Of a DNA stretch of 13,491 bases, positions 7,001 through 13,491 are shown one piece after another (within the stretch, counting starts at the first letter, position 1; every line of letters starts with the position of its first letter). The position numbers and the translations under genes were made by a program. The notes below the pieces were generated by a model. That model saw nothing but the letters and a program-made list of their open reading frames with translations. It did no database searches and was not told where the DNA came from. The stretch comes from Myxococcales bacterium (GTDB taxonomy: Bacteria > Myxococcota > Myxococcia > Myxococcales > Anaeromyxobacteraceae), in the NCBI GenBank assembly GCA_038320275.1, contig JBBQEB010000106.1:1-13491 (forward strand). The letters are read 5' to 3'.

Positions 7001-7521
7001 CCCGCCGCCGCCTTCACCACCAGCGGATAGCCGTGCTCTTTGGCGAAGAGGAGCGCCTCCTCCTCGGTCTCCACCGGGCCGGCGGTGCCGGGCACGACCG
7101 GGACGCCGAGCGTGACGGCCGCCCTCCGGCCCGCCACCTTGTCGCCCAGCCGGCGCTGCTGCTCGGCGGTGGGCCCGACGAAGGCGATCCCGGCAGCCTC
7201 CACCCGCTCGGCGAACTCGGCGTTCTCGGAGAGGAATCCGTACCCCGGGTGGATGGCGTCGACGCCCTTCGAGAGCGCCAGGGAGATGATCTCGTCGATG
7301 CCCAGGTATGCGGCGACGGGGCCCTTGCCGCGCCCGACGAGGTACGCCTCGTCCGCCTTGTACCGGTGCAGCGAGAGCCGGTCCTCCTCCGAGTAGAGCG
7401 CCACGGTGGCCATGCCGAGCTCGGTCGCGGCGCGGAAGACGCGGATGGCGATCTCGCCGCGGTTGGCCGCGAGGACCTTCTTGAGGGCACGGCGCTCGGG
7501 CGACGGGGCGGGGCTGGCCAT
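4063..7521 (-). CDS. pyc: Pyruvate carboxylase (single-chain: biotin carboxylase, carboxyltransferase and BCCP domains)
   Basis: Start ATG 7521 (MASPAPSPERRALKKVLAANRGEIAIR) gives 1152 aa. Motifs include HPGYGFLSEN, GGGGRGMR, ERDCSIQRRHQK, FIEMNPRIQVEH, DTTMRDAHQS, WGGATFD, KDMAG, HLHTHDT, VKVTPSSK and the biotinylation motif EAMKM. Confidence 0.98.
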   Translation of the reverse strand: MASPAPSPERRALKKVLAANRGEIAIRVFRAATELGMATVALYSEEDRLSLHRYKADEAYLVGRGKGPVAAYLGIDEIISLALSKGVDAIHPGYGFLSENAEFAERVEAAGIAFVGPTAEQQRRLGDKVAGRRAAVTLGVPVVPGTAGPVETEEEALLFAKEHGYPLVVKAAAGGGGRGMRVARDRQGLLDGLPAARSEALAAFGDATVFIERYVDRPKHIEVQVLGDAHGNLVHLYERDCSIQRRHQKVVEFAPALGLDPGLRAAICEAALTLTRAVRYRSAGTCEFLLDRAGRFYFIEMNPRIQVEHTVTEMITGRNLVQAQLRIAGGETLADLGIPDQRAVEIRGHAIQCRVTTEDPMNGFAPDTGVLRSYRSPGGTGVRLDAGSAYGGAVITPHYDSLLAKVSTWGLSFVESARIMDRCLREFRIRGVKTNIPFLENLVTHEDFLAGRCDTSFIDGHPELMQVPGRKDRGSKLLQYLGEVVVNGAPGVPHRLEASRLRDAPIPRLDPAAAPAKGTRDLLREGGPEALVRWTLAQKRLLVTDTTMRDAHQSLLATRVRGHDLLAIAPATARLASGLFSLELWGGATFDVAMRFLKEDPWERLYRLSDAIPNVLLQMLLRGSNAVGYTNYPDNVVARFVELAAEAGVDVFRVFDALNWTKGMAVAMEAVRRSGKVCEGALCYTGDITDPKRDKYPLSYYVGLARELERMGAHFLGVKDMAGLLKPFAARKLVRALKEEVGIPVHLHTHDTSGFAGATLLEAAQAGVDVVDAALAPLSGLTSQPSLNTLAAVLKGTDRDTGLDEDGLQALAAYWETVREWYAPFESGLRSGTAEVYRHEIPGGQYSNFKPQVAGLGLLDRWEECKEMYRRVNLLFGDIVKVTPSSKVVGDMAMYLVKNGLTPDDVLRRGSELSFPESVVGMFKGMLGQPHGGWPPGLQEIVLKGEQPIHVRPGELLEPADLAAARQRAEERVGHPVGDEGLVSWLLYPGVYAELERHRATYSDTSVLPTRHFLYGLDQGQEVSIEIEPGKTLIVKLVTVGPVAKDGTREVFFELNGEGRTVLVRDEKEAREEARAKAEPGNASHVGAPMPGKIVKLSVRPGQAVKAGQVLLVTEAMKMETSVKAKRDGEVLEVKLAEGAKVEKEDLLVVLA

Positions 7522-7761
7522 CCCGGCAGAAGACCCATGCTGCCGCGGCGTTGTCGAGCCCCAAGGGTTGGAGCGGCCGGAACACCGAGGGTGCGACGCG
7601 CGGCCGCCCCACCACGGGGGCGGTCGAGCACCGCGCGACAACGAGGCAGGGCGCGAGCGCGACCGCGTCGCGGTAGCGTCCGGCGCAGCGGCTCGTGAGC
7701 CGCCGTGACCGCGCTGCTCCGCAGCCCGGCCGCCCACCCTCGCAGCCCCCGGAGCACGACC

Positions 7762-8658
7762 TTGTCGAACCACCTTTCGAGAAGAGAAATGATGACCCGT
7801 GGCAGCCTCCTCTTCGGAGGCGTCATCACGCTGGGGGCGCTGGGCTGCGGCGGTACGGAAGAGAAGAAGGCGGCCATCACGGGTGCTGCGGACGCCGGCT
7901 CCATACCCCCCGACACGGCGACGCCCGCGATCCCCAAGGTCTCGGACTTCCCGTACGAGCAGCACCTGCCCGCGGGCTATCGCCTCGACGTGGCCGCCGT
8001 CCAGGAGCCCGCATACCACGGGTACTACAACGGCGGCTGCTGCCACGGCGCGTACAGCGCGCTCGTGAAGCACCTCGCCGATACCGTTGGCGCGCCCTTC
8101 GACCAGCTCCCCATCGACTTCGGCAAGTTCGGAGGCGGCGGCATCGCTGGCTACGGCAGCATCTGCGGCGCCGTCCTGGGTGGCGTCCTGGTGGTCAACA
8201 TGGTCGTGGCCAAGACGGCTGCGCGCACCGCCATGCTGACGGACCTCATGCGCTGGTACGAGGGCACCGCCTTCCCGATGTATGTGCCCGCTGCGAACGA
8301 CTCGACCGAGGCGAACGTCACGCTCGACTTCTCGGCCGCGAACATCGCCCACCTTCAGGTCGTCCCGCGCTCACACCTCTGCCACTCCTCCGTGTCGAGC
8401 TGGTGCGCGGCGCGCGGCGTGGCGGCCAACGGCGGGGACAAGCTCGCACGCTGCTCGCGCCTGACCGCCGACGTGGCGGGCAAGGTCGCAACGATGATCA
8501 ACGCCTACCTCGCGTCCGGCACCTACGCGGCGGGCGCGCTCGACGCGACCTCCTCGTCCTGCATGGGCTGCCACCCTGCGAGCAGCCACGCGAAGCCTGT
8601 CGCGGCGGGCATGCGCTGTGACGTGTGCCACTCTGACAAGGTGTCGCACCACCCGTAG
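7762..8658 (+). CDS. C-GCAxxG-C-C family redox protein with two C-terminal CxxCH motifs (split-Soret cytochrome c-like); predicted Tat-exported lipoprotein
   Basis: GGAG (7751-7754) plus 7 nt precedes TTG 7762: MSNHLSRREMMTRGSLLFGGVITLGALGC, with a twin-Arg motif (SRREM) and a lipobox (ALGC, Cys29). Motifs GCCHGA, GGGIAGYGSICGAVLGG, LCHSSVSSWC and RCSRLTADVA follow. Heme motifs are CMGCH (8560-8574) and CDVCH (8617-8631). Alternative starts are ATG 7789/7792. Confidence 0.85.
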   Translation: MSNHLSRREMMTRGSLLFGGVITLGALGCGGTEEKKAAITGAADAGSIPPDTATPAIPKVSDFPYEQHLPAGYRLDVAAVQEPAYHGYYNGGCCHGAYSALVKHLADTVGAPFDQLPIDFGKFGGGGIAGYGSICGAVLGGVLVVNMVVAKTAARTAMLTDLMRWYEGTAFPMYVPAANDSTEANVTLDFSAANIAHLQVVPRSHLCHSSVSSWCAARGVAANGGDKLARCSRLTADVAGKVATMINAYLASGTYAAGALDATSSSCMGCHPASSHAKPVAAGMRCDVCHSDKVSHHP

Positions 8659-8677
8659 GCTCCGCAGAATCCGTTGC

Positions 8678-8709
8678 GGACGGCCGGGGGGGAGCTCCCC
8701 TGGCCGTCC
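8678..8709 (+). terminator. Strong GC hairpin after the cytochrome gene (terminator or mRNA-stabilising stem)
   Basis: GGACGGCCGGGGG...TCCCCTGGCCGTCC forms a stem of about 14 bp with two G-U pairs, about 20 nt after the stop. There is no U-tract. Confidence 0.5.
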
Positions 8710-8947
8710 AGTCGGAGCGCGAAAGTCTTGATTCCGTTCGGGTCGGCGCGGGTCCGCGGTCCTCGCCATGCGCGAGCTCGCAACAGCTCTGGCCGGGCTG
8801 AGCTCGAGCGGTCTGAGGCTCCCCGGTCCGGATCATCGCGGCGCGACAATGAAAGGAGTCCGCCCGAACCGACCGTCGTGAGGGCTGCCGGCCTCTTGCC
8901 CCACCCGGGCGCGGGACAACGTGCCGCATCGGGGTTTGGCGCCGGGC

Positions 8948-8956
8948 TGGTACGAT
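8948..8956 (+). promoter_or_regulatory. Extended -10 promoter element for the efflux operon (leaderless)
   Basis: TG-G-TACGAT (8948-8956) is followed by 6 nt and then ATG 8963. There is no SD and no consensus -35. Confidence 0.6.
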
Positions 8957-8962
8957 GGTGCG

Positions 8963-10264
8963 ATGTTCGTGTGCCTGCTGCTGGCCGCGGCGGTCGCGGC
9001 GGGCGCCGGGTCGTCGTCTGCGCCCCCTCCGCGCGACGCCCCGGAGCACTGGGAGCCCGCCGCCCATGACCGACCGCCCCCGTCGATCACCTTCGACGAG
9101 GCGCTGGGGCTGTCCGACCGCGCTCCCTCGGTGGAGGGCGCCCGTGAAGCTGCGTCGGCGCACGCCGACCTCGCCGGCCGGGTGAGCTCCCTCACCTCGA
9201 ACCCCGAGCTGCGCATCGAGCCCGGCTACCGGCTTTCCGCGAGCGCCGACGCCCGCACCCGCGTCGAGGGCACCGCCTCCCTGTCGCAGTCGTGGAGCCT
9301 CGCCGGCCTGGGCGGGCGACGCCGCGCAGCCGTCGCCGCGGAGGGCCGTGTGCTCGTCGCCGAAGCCCGGGCCACGTCGCTCGCCCGCAGGCTGGCCGCC
9401 GCGCAGGCCTGGATCGACCTCTGGGCGGCGCAGGCCGCGCTCGCCGACGCGCGGCAGGAGGTGGGGCTGGCCGGCGACCTCGCCGCCCAGACCGACCGCG
9501 GCGCCGCGGCCGCGCTCCTCACCCGCGCCGATGCCTCGGACGCCGCCGCCTACCGCGCCGAGGCGCGGCTCCTCGCGCTCTCGGTCGAGGGCGAGGCCAC
9601 CGACCTCGGCTTTCGGCTCGCCCGCGAGTCGGCCCGCCCGCCCGTCGCCCTCGCGACCCGCGGGGAGCTGCCGCACCCGCCCCTCCCTCCGGCGGCGCGC
9701 TGGGACGACCTCGTCGCCCGTGCGGGAGCGCTGCCGGAGGTCACCGCCCGCAGGCTCGCGGCCCACGCCGACGCCGCGCGGGCCGCCGAGGCGCGCGCCG
9801 GGCGGGGTACGCAACTCGCCACCAGCGTCGCCATCCAGCGCGACAACCGGGGCGAGTACGTCGCGTTTGCGGGATTGGGCTTCACCCTCCCGGTGTTCGA
9901 TCGCGGGGAGCGGGAGGCGGCCCCCTTCTCCGCGGCGGCCGCCCGGGGCCAGCGCGAGGCCGAGGACGCGGCGCAGGCCGCCTCGGCCGAGCTCGCGCGC
10001 GACTTCCACGAGGTGGAGCACACGGGCGAGGTGCTCGTGGAGCTGGAGGCCGGCTTCCTGCCCGCGTCGCGCGAGGCGGCCCGGCTCCGCGAGGTCGCCT
10101 TCCAGGCGGGCGACGCCACCGTCCTGGAGGTCCTCGTCTCGCGCCGGAGCGCCGCCGCCGCCCGCGCCCGGCTGCAGCGTGCCCGGGCCGCGCACGCCTG
10201 GGCGCGGGTGAAGGTGTGGCTCGAGCTCGCGGAACTGGCGCGGGCGGATGGAGGAGTGCCGTGA
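8963..10264 (+). CDS. TolC family outer-membrane efflux protein (CzcC-like)
   Basis: Start ATG 8963 gives a signal peptide (MFVCLLLAAAVAAGAG). ITFDEAL, NPELRI, FTLPVFDRG, AFQAGDATVLEVL and the Ala-rich coiled-coil helices are typical of outer-membrane efflux proteins. It is the first gene of an OMP-MFP-RND operon. 433 aa. Confidence 0.9.
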   Translation: MFVCLLLAAAVAAGAGSSSAPPPRDAPEHWEPAAHDRPPPSITFDEALGLSDRAPSVEGAREAASAHADLAGRVSSLTSNPELRIEPGYRLSASADARTRVEGTASLSQSWSLAGLGGRRRAAVAAEGRVLVAEARATSLARRLAAAQAWIDLWAAQAALADARQEVGLAGDLAAQTDRGAAAALLTRADASDAAAYRAEARLLALSVEGEATDLGFRLARESARPPVALATRGELPHPPLPPAARWDDLVARAGALPEVTARRLAAHADAARAAEARAGRGTQLATSVAIQRDNRGEYVAFAGLGFTLPVFDRGEREAAPFSAAAARGQREAEDAAQAASAELARDFHEVEHTGEVLVELEAGFLPASREAARLREVAFQAGDATVLEVLVSRRSAAAARARLQRARAAHAWARVKVWLELAELARADGGVP

Positions 10265-11406
10265 AGGGGAACGTCTACACCTGGCCCGCCGTGCTCGCGG
10301 TCGCGCTGGCGGCCGCGTGCTCGAAGGAGCCCGCGCCGGCGTCTTCGGCCGCGCCCCTCGCTTCCGCTCCCTCCGCCAGCAGCGCCCGCACCCCGTGGGT
10401 GAAGGCCCGCGCCGCCGACGAGGTCGCCATGCTGGAGGCGCCCGCCACCGTCCTCGCCACGCCCGAGTCGAACGCCGGCGTCTCGCCGCCCTTCCGCGCC
10501 CGCGTCGTGCGCGTCCTCGCCCGGCCCGGTGAGCGGGTGAAGCGGGGCGAGCCCCTCGCCGAGGTCGTCATGCCCGAGGTCGTGCAGGCCGCAGGCGCCT
10601 ACGCATCGGCCGCCACGCGCGTCGAGGCGTATGGCCGCCGAAAGACGCAGCTCGATGGCCTGAAGAAGGAGGGCATGGTCCGGCTCACCGACCTGCTCGA
10701 GGTGGATACCAAGCTCGCCGAGGCCCGGGCCGACCGGACGGGGGCGCTCGCCATGCTGCGCGCGGCCGGCCTCGACGCCGGGGACGCTGCGCGCATCCTC
10801 GCGGGCGGCGGAAAGGTGGTCCTGCGCAGCCCCATCGACGGTGTCGTCACCCAGGTGAAGGCCTCCATCGGCGAGCAGCGCGAGTCTTCCGGCGAGCCGC
10901 TCGTCCGCATCGCCGGCGAGGGCGACCCGCGCGTCGAGGCGCGGCTCGCGCGCGTCGTGCCCGGCCCCGCGGCGTACGAGCTGTGGCTCGGGACGGGCGA
11001 GCACCACCCGCTCCGGCTCGTCGGCCAGGCGCCACAGATGGACGCCCGCGACGGCACGACGCTCGTCTGGTTTGCCGCGAGAGACGGCACCCGGCTCGTC
11101 CAGGGCCAGACCGGCAAGGTGAAGATCCGGCTCGCCGAAAGCGCGAAGCTCGCGAGCGTCCCCGCCCGCGCGGTGGGGCTCGGGCCGGAGGGCGCGCACG
11201 TCGTCGTCCGCGGCGCTGCGGGCGGGGCGCCGGCGCGCGTGAACGTGGAGGTGCTCGCCGCGAGCGGCTCCGAGGCGCTGGTGCGCGGCGTCGATCCGGG
11301 CGAGGAGGTCGCCGCCGACGCGGCCCTCGCCGAGGTGCCCGCCTCGGCGGTGCAGCCCGCCCCCGGGACGACGCCGCCAGCGGCCCCTGGAGCGGAGCGC
11401 CGATGA
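10261..11406 (+). CDS. Efflux RND transporter periplasmic adaptor subunit (membrane fusion protein, CzcB-like), lipoprotein
   Basis: GGAGGAG SD, and GTG 10261 overlaps the TolC stop. Lipobox in MKGNVYTWPAVLAVALAAAC. Lipoyl half-motifs RVVRVLARPGERVKRGEPL and LRSPIDGVV. 381 aa. Confidence 0.92.
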   Translation: MKGNVYTWPAVLAVALAAACSKEPAPASSAAPLASAPSASSARTPWVKARAADEVAMLEAPATVLATPESNAGVSPPFRARVVRVLARPGERVKRGEPLAEVVMPEVVQAAGAYASAATRVEAYGRRKTQLDGLKKEGMVRLTDLLEVDTKLAEARADRTGALAMLRAAGLDAGDAARILAGGGKVVLRSPIDGVVTQVKASIGEQRESSGEPLVRIAGEGDPRVEARLARVVPGPAAYELWLGTGEHHPLRLVGQAPQMDARDGTTLVWFAARDGTRLVQGQTGKVKIRLAESAKLASVPARAVGLGPEGAHVVVRGAAGGAPARVNVEVLAASGSEALVRGVDPGEEVAADAALAEVPASAVQPAPGTTPPAAPGAERR

Positions 11407-13491
11407 TCGGACGCATCGTCGCCTGGTCGGTCGAGCACCGCGTCCTCGTGGTGACGTCGACGCTCGTGCTCATGATCGCGGGCGCCGTCGTGGGGGCCCG
11501 GCTCCAGTTCGACGCGCTCCCCGACACCACCAACAACCAGGTCCTCGTCCTCACCCGCGCCCCTGGACTCACGCCCGAGGAGGTGGAGCGCCTCGTCACG
11601 CGGCCGGTGGAGGCTGCGCTGGGCGGTATGCCCGGCCTCGAGGAGGAGCGGTCGCTCTCGCGCTACGGCATCTCGTCGGTGACCGCCGTGTTCCACGACG
11701 GCTTCGACGGCTACCTCGCGCGGCAGATCGTGAAGGAGCGGCTCGACGCGCTGGGCGGCTCGTTCCCGGCCGGCGTGGACGCTCCAGAGCTCGGCCCCGT
11801 CACAGGCGGCCTGGGCGAGGTCTTCCACTTCACGCTCAGCTCACCCCGGCGCACCGCGGCCGAGCTCCTCGAGCTCGCCACCCTCCGCATCGCGCCGCAG
11901 CTCCGGGGCGTGCCCGGCGTGGTCGAGGTGAACACCTGGGGCGGTCAGCAGCGCACGCTCGAGGTCCGCGCGGATCCGCAGCGCATGGCGCAGCGGGGCC
12001 TCACGCTCGAGGACCTGCGCGCCGCGCTCCACGACGCGGTCGGCACCGCCGCGGGCGCGAGCCTCGCCGCCGGCTCCGCCCAGTCGCTGCTGCGCGCGGT
12101 GGCGCTCCCCCGCGACGCCTCCGACCTCGGGCACGCGCTCGTCTTCCGCCGCGGCAATCCCACGCCGGTTCGCCTCGCGGAGGTGGCGGACGTCGCCCAG
12201 GGCGAGCTCCCGCGCATCGGCGCCGCCACCGCCAACGGCCTGGGCGAGACCGTCTACCTCATGGCGCAGATGCTCCGGGGCGCGAACGCCCTCGAGGTCA
12301 TGCGCGGCGTGCACGCGCGCATGGACGTCGTCCGCCGCATGCTGCCCGAGGACGTGCGGGTGGAGGTGGTCTACGACCGGTCCGAGCTCGTCCACGCCAC
12401 CCTGCGCACCGTCTTCAAGAACCTGATCGAGGGCGGCCTCCTCGTGGTGGCGGTGCTCTTCGTCATGCTCGGCTCGCTCCGCGCCGGGCTCCTCGTCGCC
12501 TCCGCCATCCCGCTCTCCATGCTGGGCGCGACCGCGGCCATGGTCGTCCTGGGCATCCCCGGGAACCTCATGAGCCTGGGCGCGCTCGACTTCGGGCTCC
12601 TGGTCGACGGCGCTGTGGTCATGGTGGAGGGCATCTTCCACGGCATCGGAAAGGCGACCTTCGCCGGGCTCGCGCCGGCCGAGGCCAAGGCGAAGCTGCG
12701 AGCGCACGTGGCCACCGCCACCCGCTCCTCGGCCGGGCCGGTGTTCTTCTCCGTGCTCATCATCCTCCTCGTCTACGTGCCGGTGCTGTCCCTCACCGGG
12801 GTGGACGGGAAGATGTTCCGGCCCATGGCGCTCACGGTGGTCTTCGCCCTCACCGCAGCGCTCGTCCTCACCGTGACCTTCATCCCGGCGGCCGCCAGCC
12901 TCGTGCTCCGGCCCAAGGACGTGCCCGACCGCCCGCCGCTCCTCGTGCGCCTCATCGAGCGCGGCTACGAGCCCTTCCTCGCCTTCAGCACCGCCCGCCC
13001 CAGGTACGTGGCCGCGGGGGCGCTGGCGCTGGTGGTGATCGCGGCGACGCTCTTCATGCGCGCGGGCAGCGAATTCGTGCCTCAGCTCGACGAGGGCGAC
13101 CTCGTCATCCAGACCACGCGCGCCGCGGACATCTCGCTCGAGACGGCCGTCCGCGAGGCCGGCAAGCTGGAAACCGCGCTCCTGGGCCACGTGCCCGAGG
13201 TGACGCAGGTCGTCTCTCGCGTCGGCAGCCCGGCCGTCGCCACCGACATCATGGGCCTCGAGCAGGCCGACGTCTTCGTGCGTCTGAAGCCGCGCGGCGC
13301 GTGGCGGCCGGGGCTCACCCGCGAGGCTCTCATCGGTGACGTGGGGCGGGCGCTCGCGGAGCGCGCGCCGGGCGGCGAGCCCTCCTTCACTCAGCCTATC
13401 CAGATGCGGTTCAACGAGCTCCTGGGCGGCTCGGTCGCCGACGTGACGGTGAGCGTCTACGGCGAGGACCTGGCCGAGCTGCGCCGCATCG
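11403..13491 (+). CDS. czcA: CusA/CzcA family heavy-metal efflux RND transporter (3' end outside window)
   Basis: Not in the ORF track because it has no stop in the window. ATG 11403 overlaps the MFP stop (ATGA). Reads MIGRIVAWSVEHR...DALPDTTNNQV...PGLTPEEVERLVTRPVE...SRYGISSVT; YDRSELV; TM4 GNLMSLGALDFGLLVDGAVVMVE; GKMFRPMA; EFVPQLDEGD; FTQPIQMRFNEL. The frame is the same at the start, at TM4 and at the window end. Confidence 0.95.
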   Translation, partial: MIGRIVAWSVEHRVLVVTSTLVLMIAGAVVGARLQFDALPDTTNNQVLVLTRAPGLTPEEVERLVTRPVEAALGGMPGLEEERSLSRYGISSVTAVFHDGFDGYLARQIVKERLDALGGSFPAGVDAPELGPVTGGLGEVFHFTLSSPRRTAAELLELATLRIAPQLRGVPGVVEVNTWGGQQRTLEVRADPQRMAQRGLTLEDLRAALHDAVGTAAGASLAAGSAQSLLRAVALPRDASDLGHALVFRRGNPTPVRLAEVADVAQGELPRIGAATANGLGETVYLMAQMLRGANALEVMRGVHARMDVVRRMLPEDVRVEVVYDRSELVHATLRTVFKNLIEGGLLVVAVLFVMLGSLRAGLLVASAIPLSMLGATAAMVVLGIPGNLMSLGALDFGLLVDGAVVMVEGIFHGIGKATFAGLAPAEAKAKLRAHVATATRSSAGPVFFSVLIILLVYVPVLSLTGVDGKMFRPMALTVVFALTAALVLTVTFIPAAASLVLRPKDVPDRPPLLVRLIERGYEPFLAFSTARPRYVAAGALALVVIAATLFMRAGSEFVPQLDEGDLVIQTTRAADISLETAVREAGKLETALLGHVPEVTQVVSRVGSPAVATDIMGLEQADVFVRLKPRGAWRPGLTREALIGDVGRALAERAPGGEPSFTQPIQMRFNELLGGSVADVTVSVYGEDLAELRRI

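Noticed and set aside
3854..7698. Very long ORFs 3854..7615 (-, 1253 aa) and 4267..7698 (+, 1143 aa)
   Set aside because: These are alternative-frame and antisense shadows of pyc with R/G/P/A-rich or antisense-type composition, expected where high GC makes stops rare. Only the last ~50 codons of the first one carry a real signal, the integrase remnant.
7522..8352. 277-aa N-terminal extension of pyruvate carboxylase in the ORF track
   Set aside because: Homology starts at KKVLAANRGE. The extension is antisense to the cytochrome gene and crosses the intergenic region, and ATG 7521 gives a normal length.
8710..8910. Possible riboswitch or ncRNA (e.g. NiCo) or small ORF (MKGVRPNRPS) upstream of the efflux operon
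   Set aside because: No recognisable riboswitch consensus, and the apparent promoter lies downstream of this stretch. The short ORF has no supporting SD. An Rfam scan would settle it.
9292..10260. N-terminal extension making the MFP 704 aa
   Set aside because: It overlaps tolC out of frame. The real start at GTG 10261 has an SD and a lipoprotein signal.
8498..13390. Long minus-strand ORFs across the efflux operon (565, 549, 409 and 449 aa)
   Set aside because: They are antisense shadows of the tolC, MFP and czcA genes with no recognisable motifs.
1..13491. CRISPR arrays, tRNA/rRNA genes, tandem repeats, anti-phage defence genes
   Set aside because: No regularly spaced repeats, cloverleaf signatures or recognisable defence domains were seen on either strand.

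Overview
Very GC-rich bacterial DNA; gene style and IS type suggest Myxococcota (Anaeromyxobacter-like), which is an inference. From left to right: a partial membrane-anchored class I SAM methyltransferase (-); a collapsed LytTR-family response-regulator remnant (-); an SDR oxidoreductase (+); an orphan 3' gene fragment (+); and a second class I methyltransferase (-). Next is a lower-GC cassette of ArsR regulator, SRPBCC/AHSA1 and GyrI-like genes (+), with a sigma70-type promoter and palindromic operator. It is followed by an IS66 left-end/tnpA remnant that appears inserted into the tail of a tyrosine-recombinase remnant. Then come a single-chain pyruvate carboxylase (pyc, -), a divergent Tat/lipoprotein C-GCAxxG-C-C (split-Soret-cytochrome-like) diheme protein (+), and a CzcCBA-type heavy-metal RND efflux operon (+) that runs off the right edge. 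The most interesting parts are the decayed mobile island carrying a possible small-molecule detoxification module, the Tat-lipoprotein cytochrome, and several gene remnants not obvious in the ORF track. All family calls come from motif recognition by eye; no searches were run.
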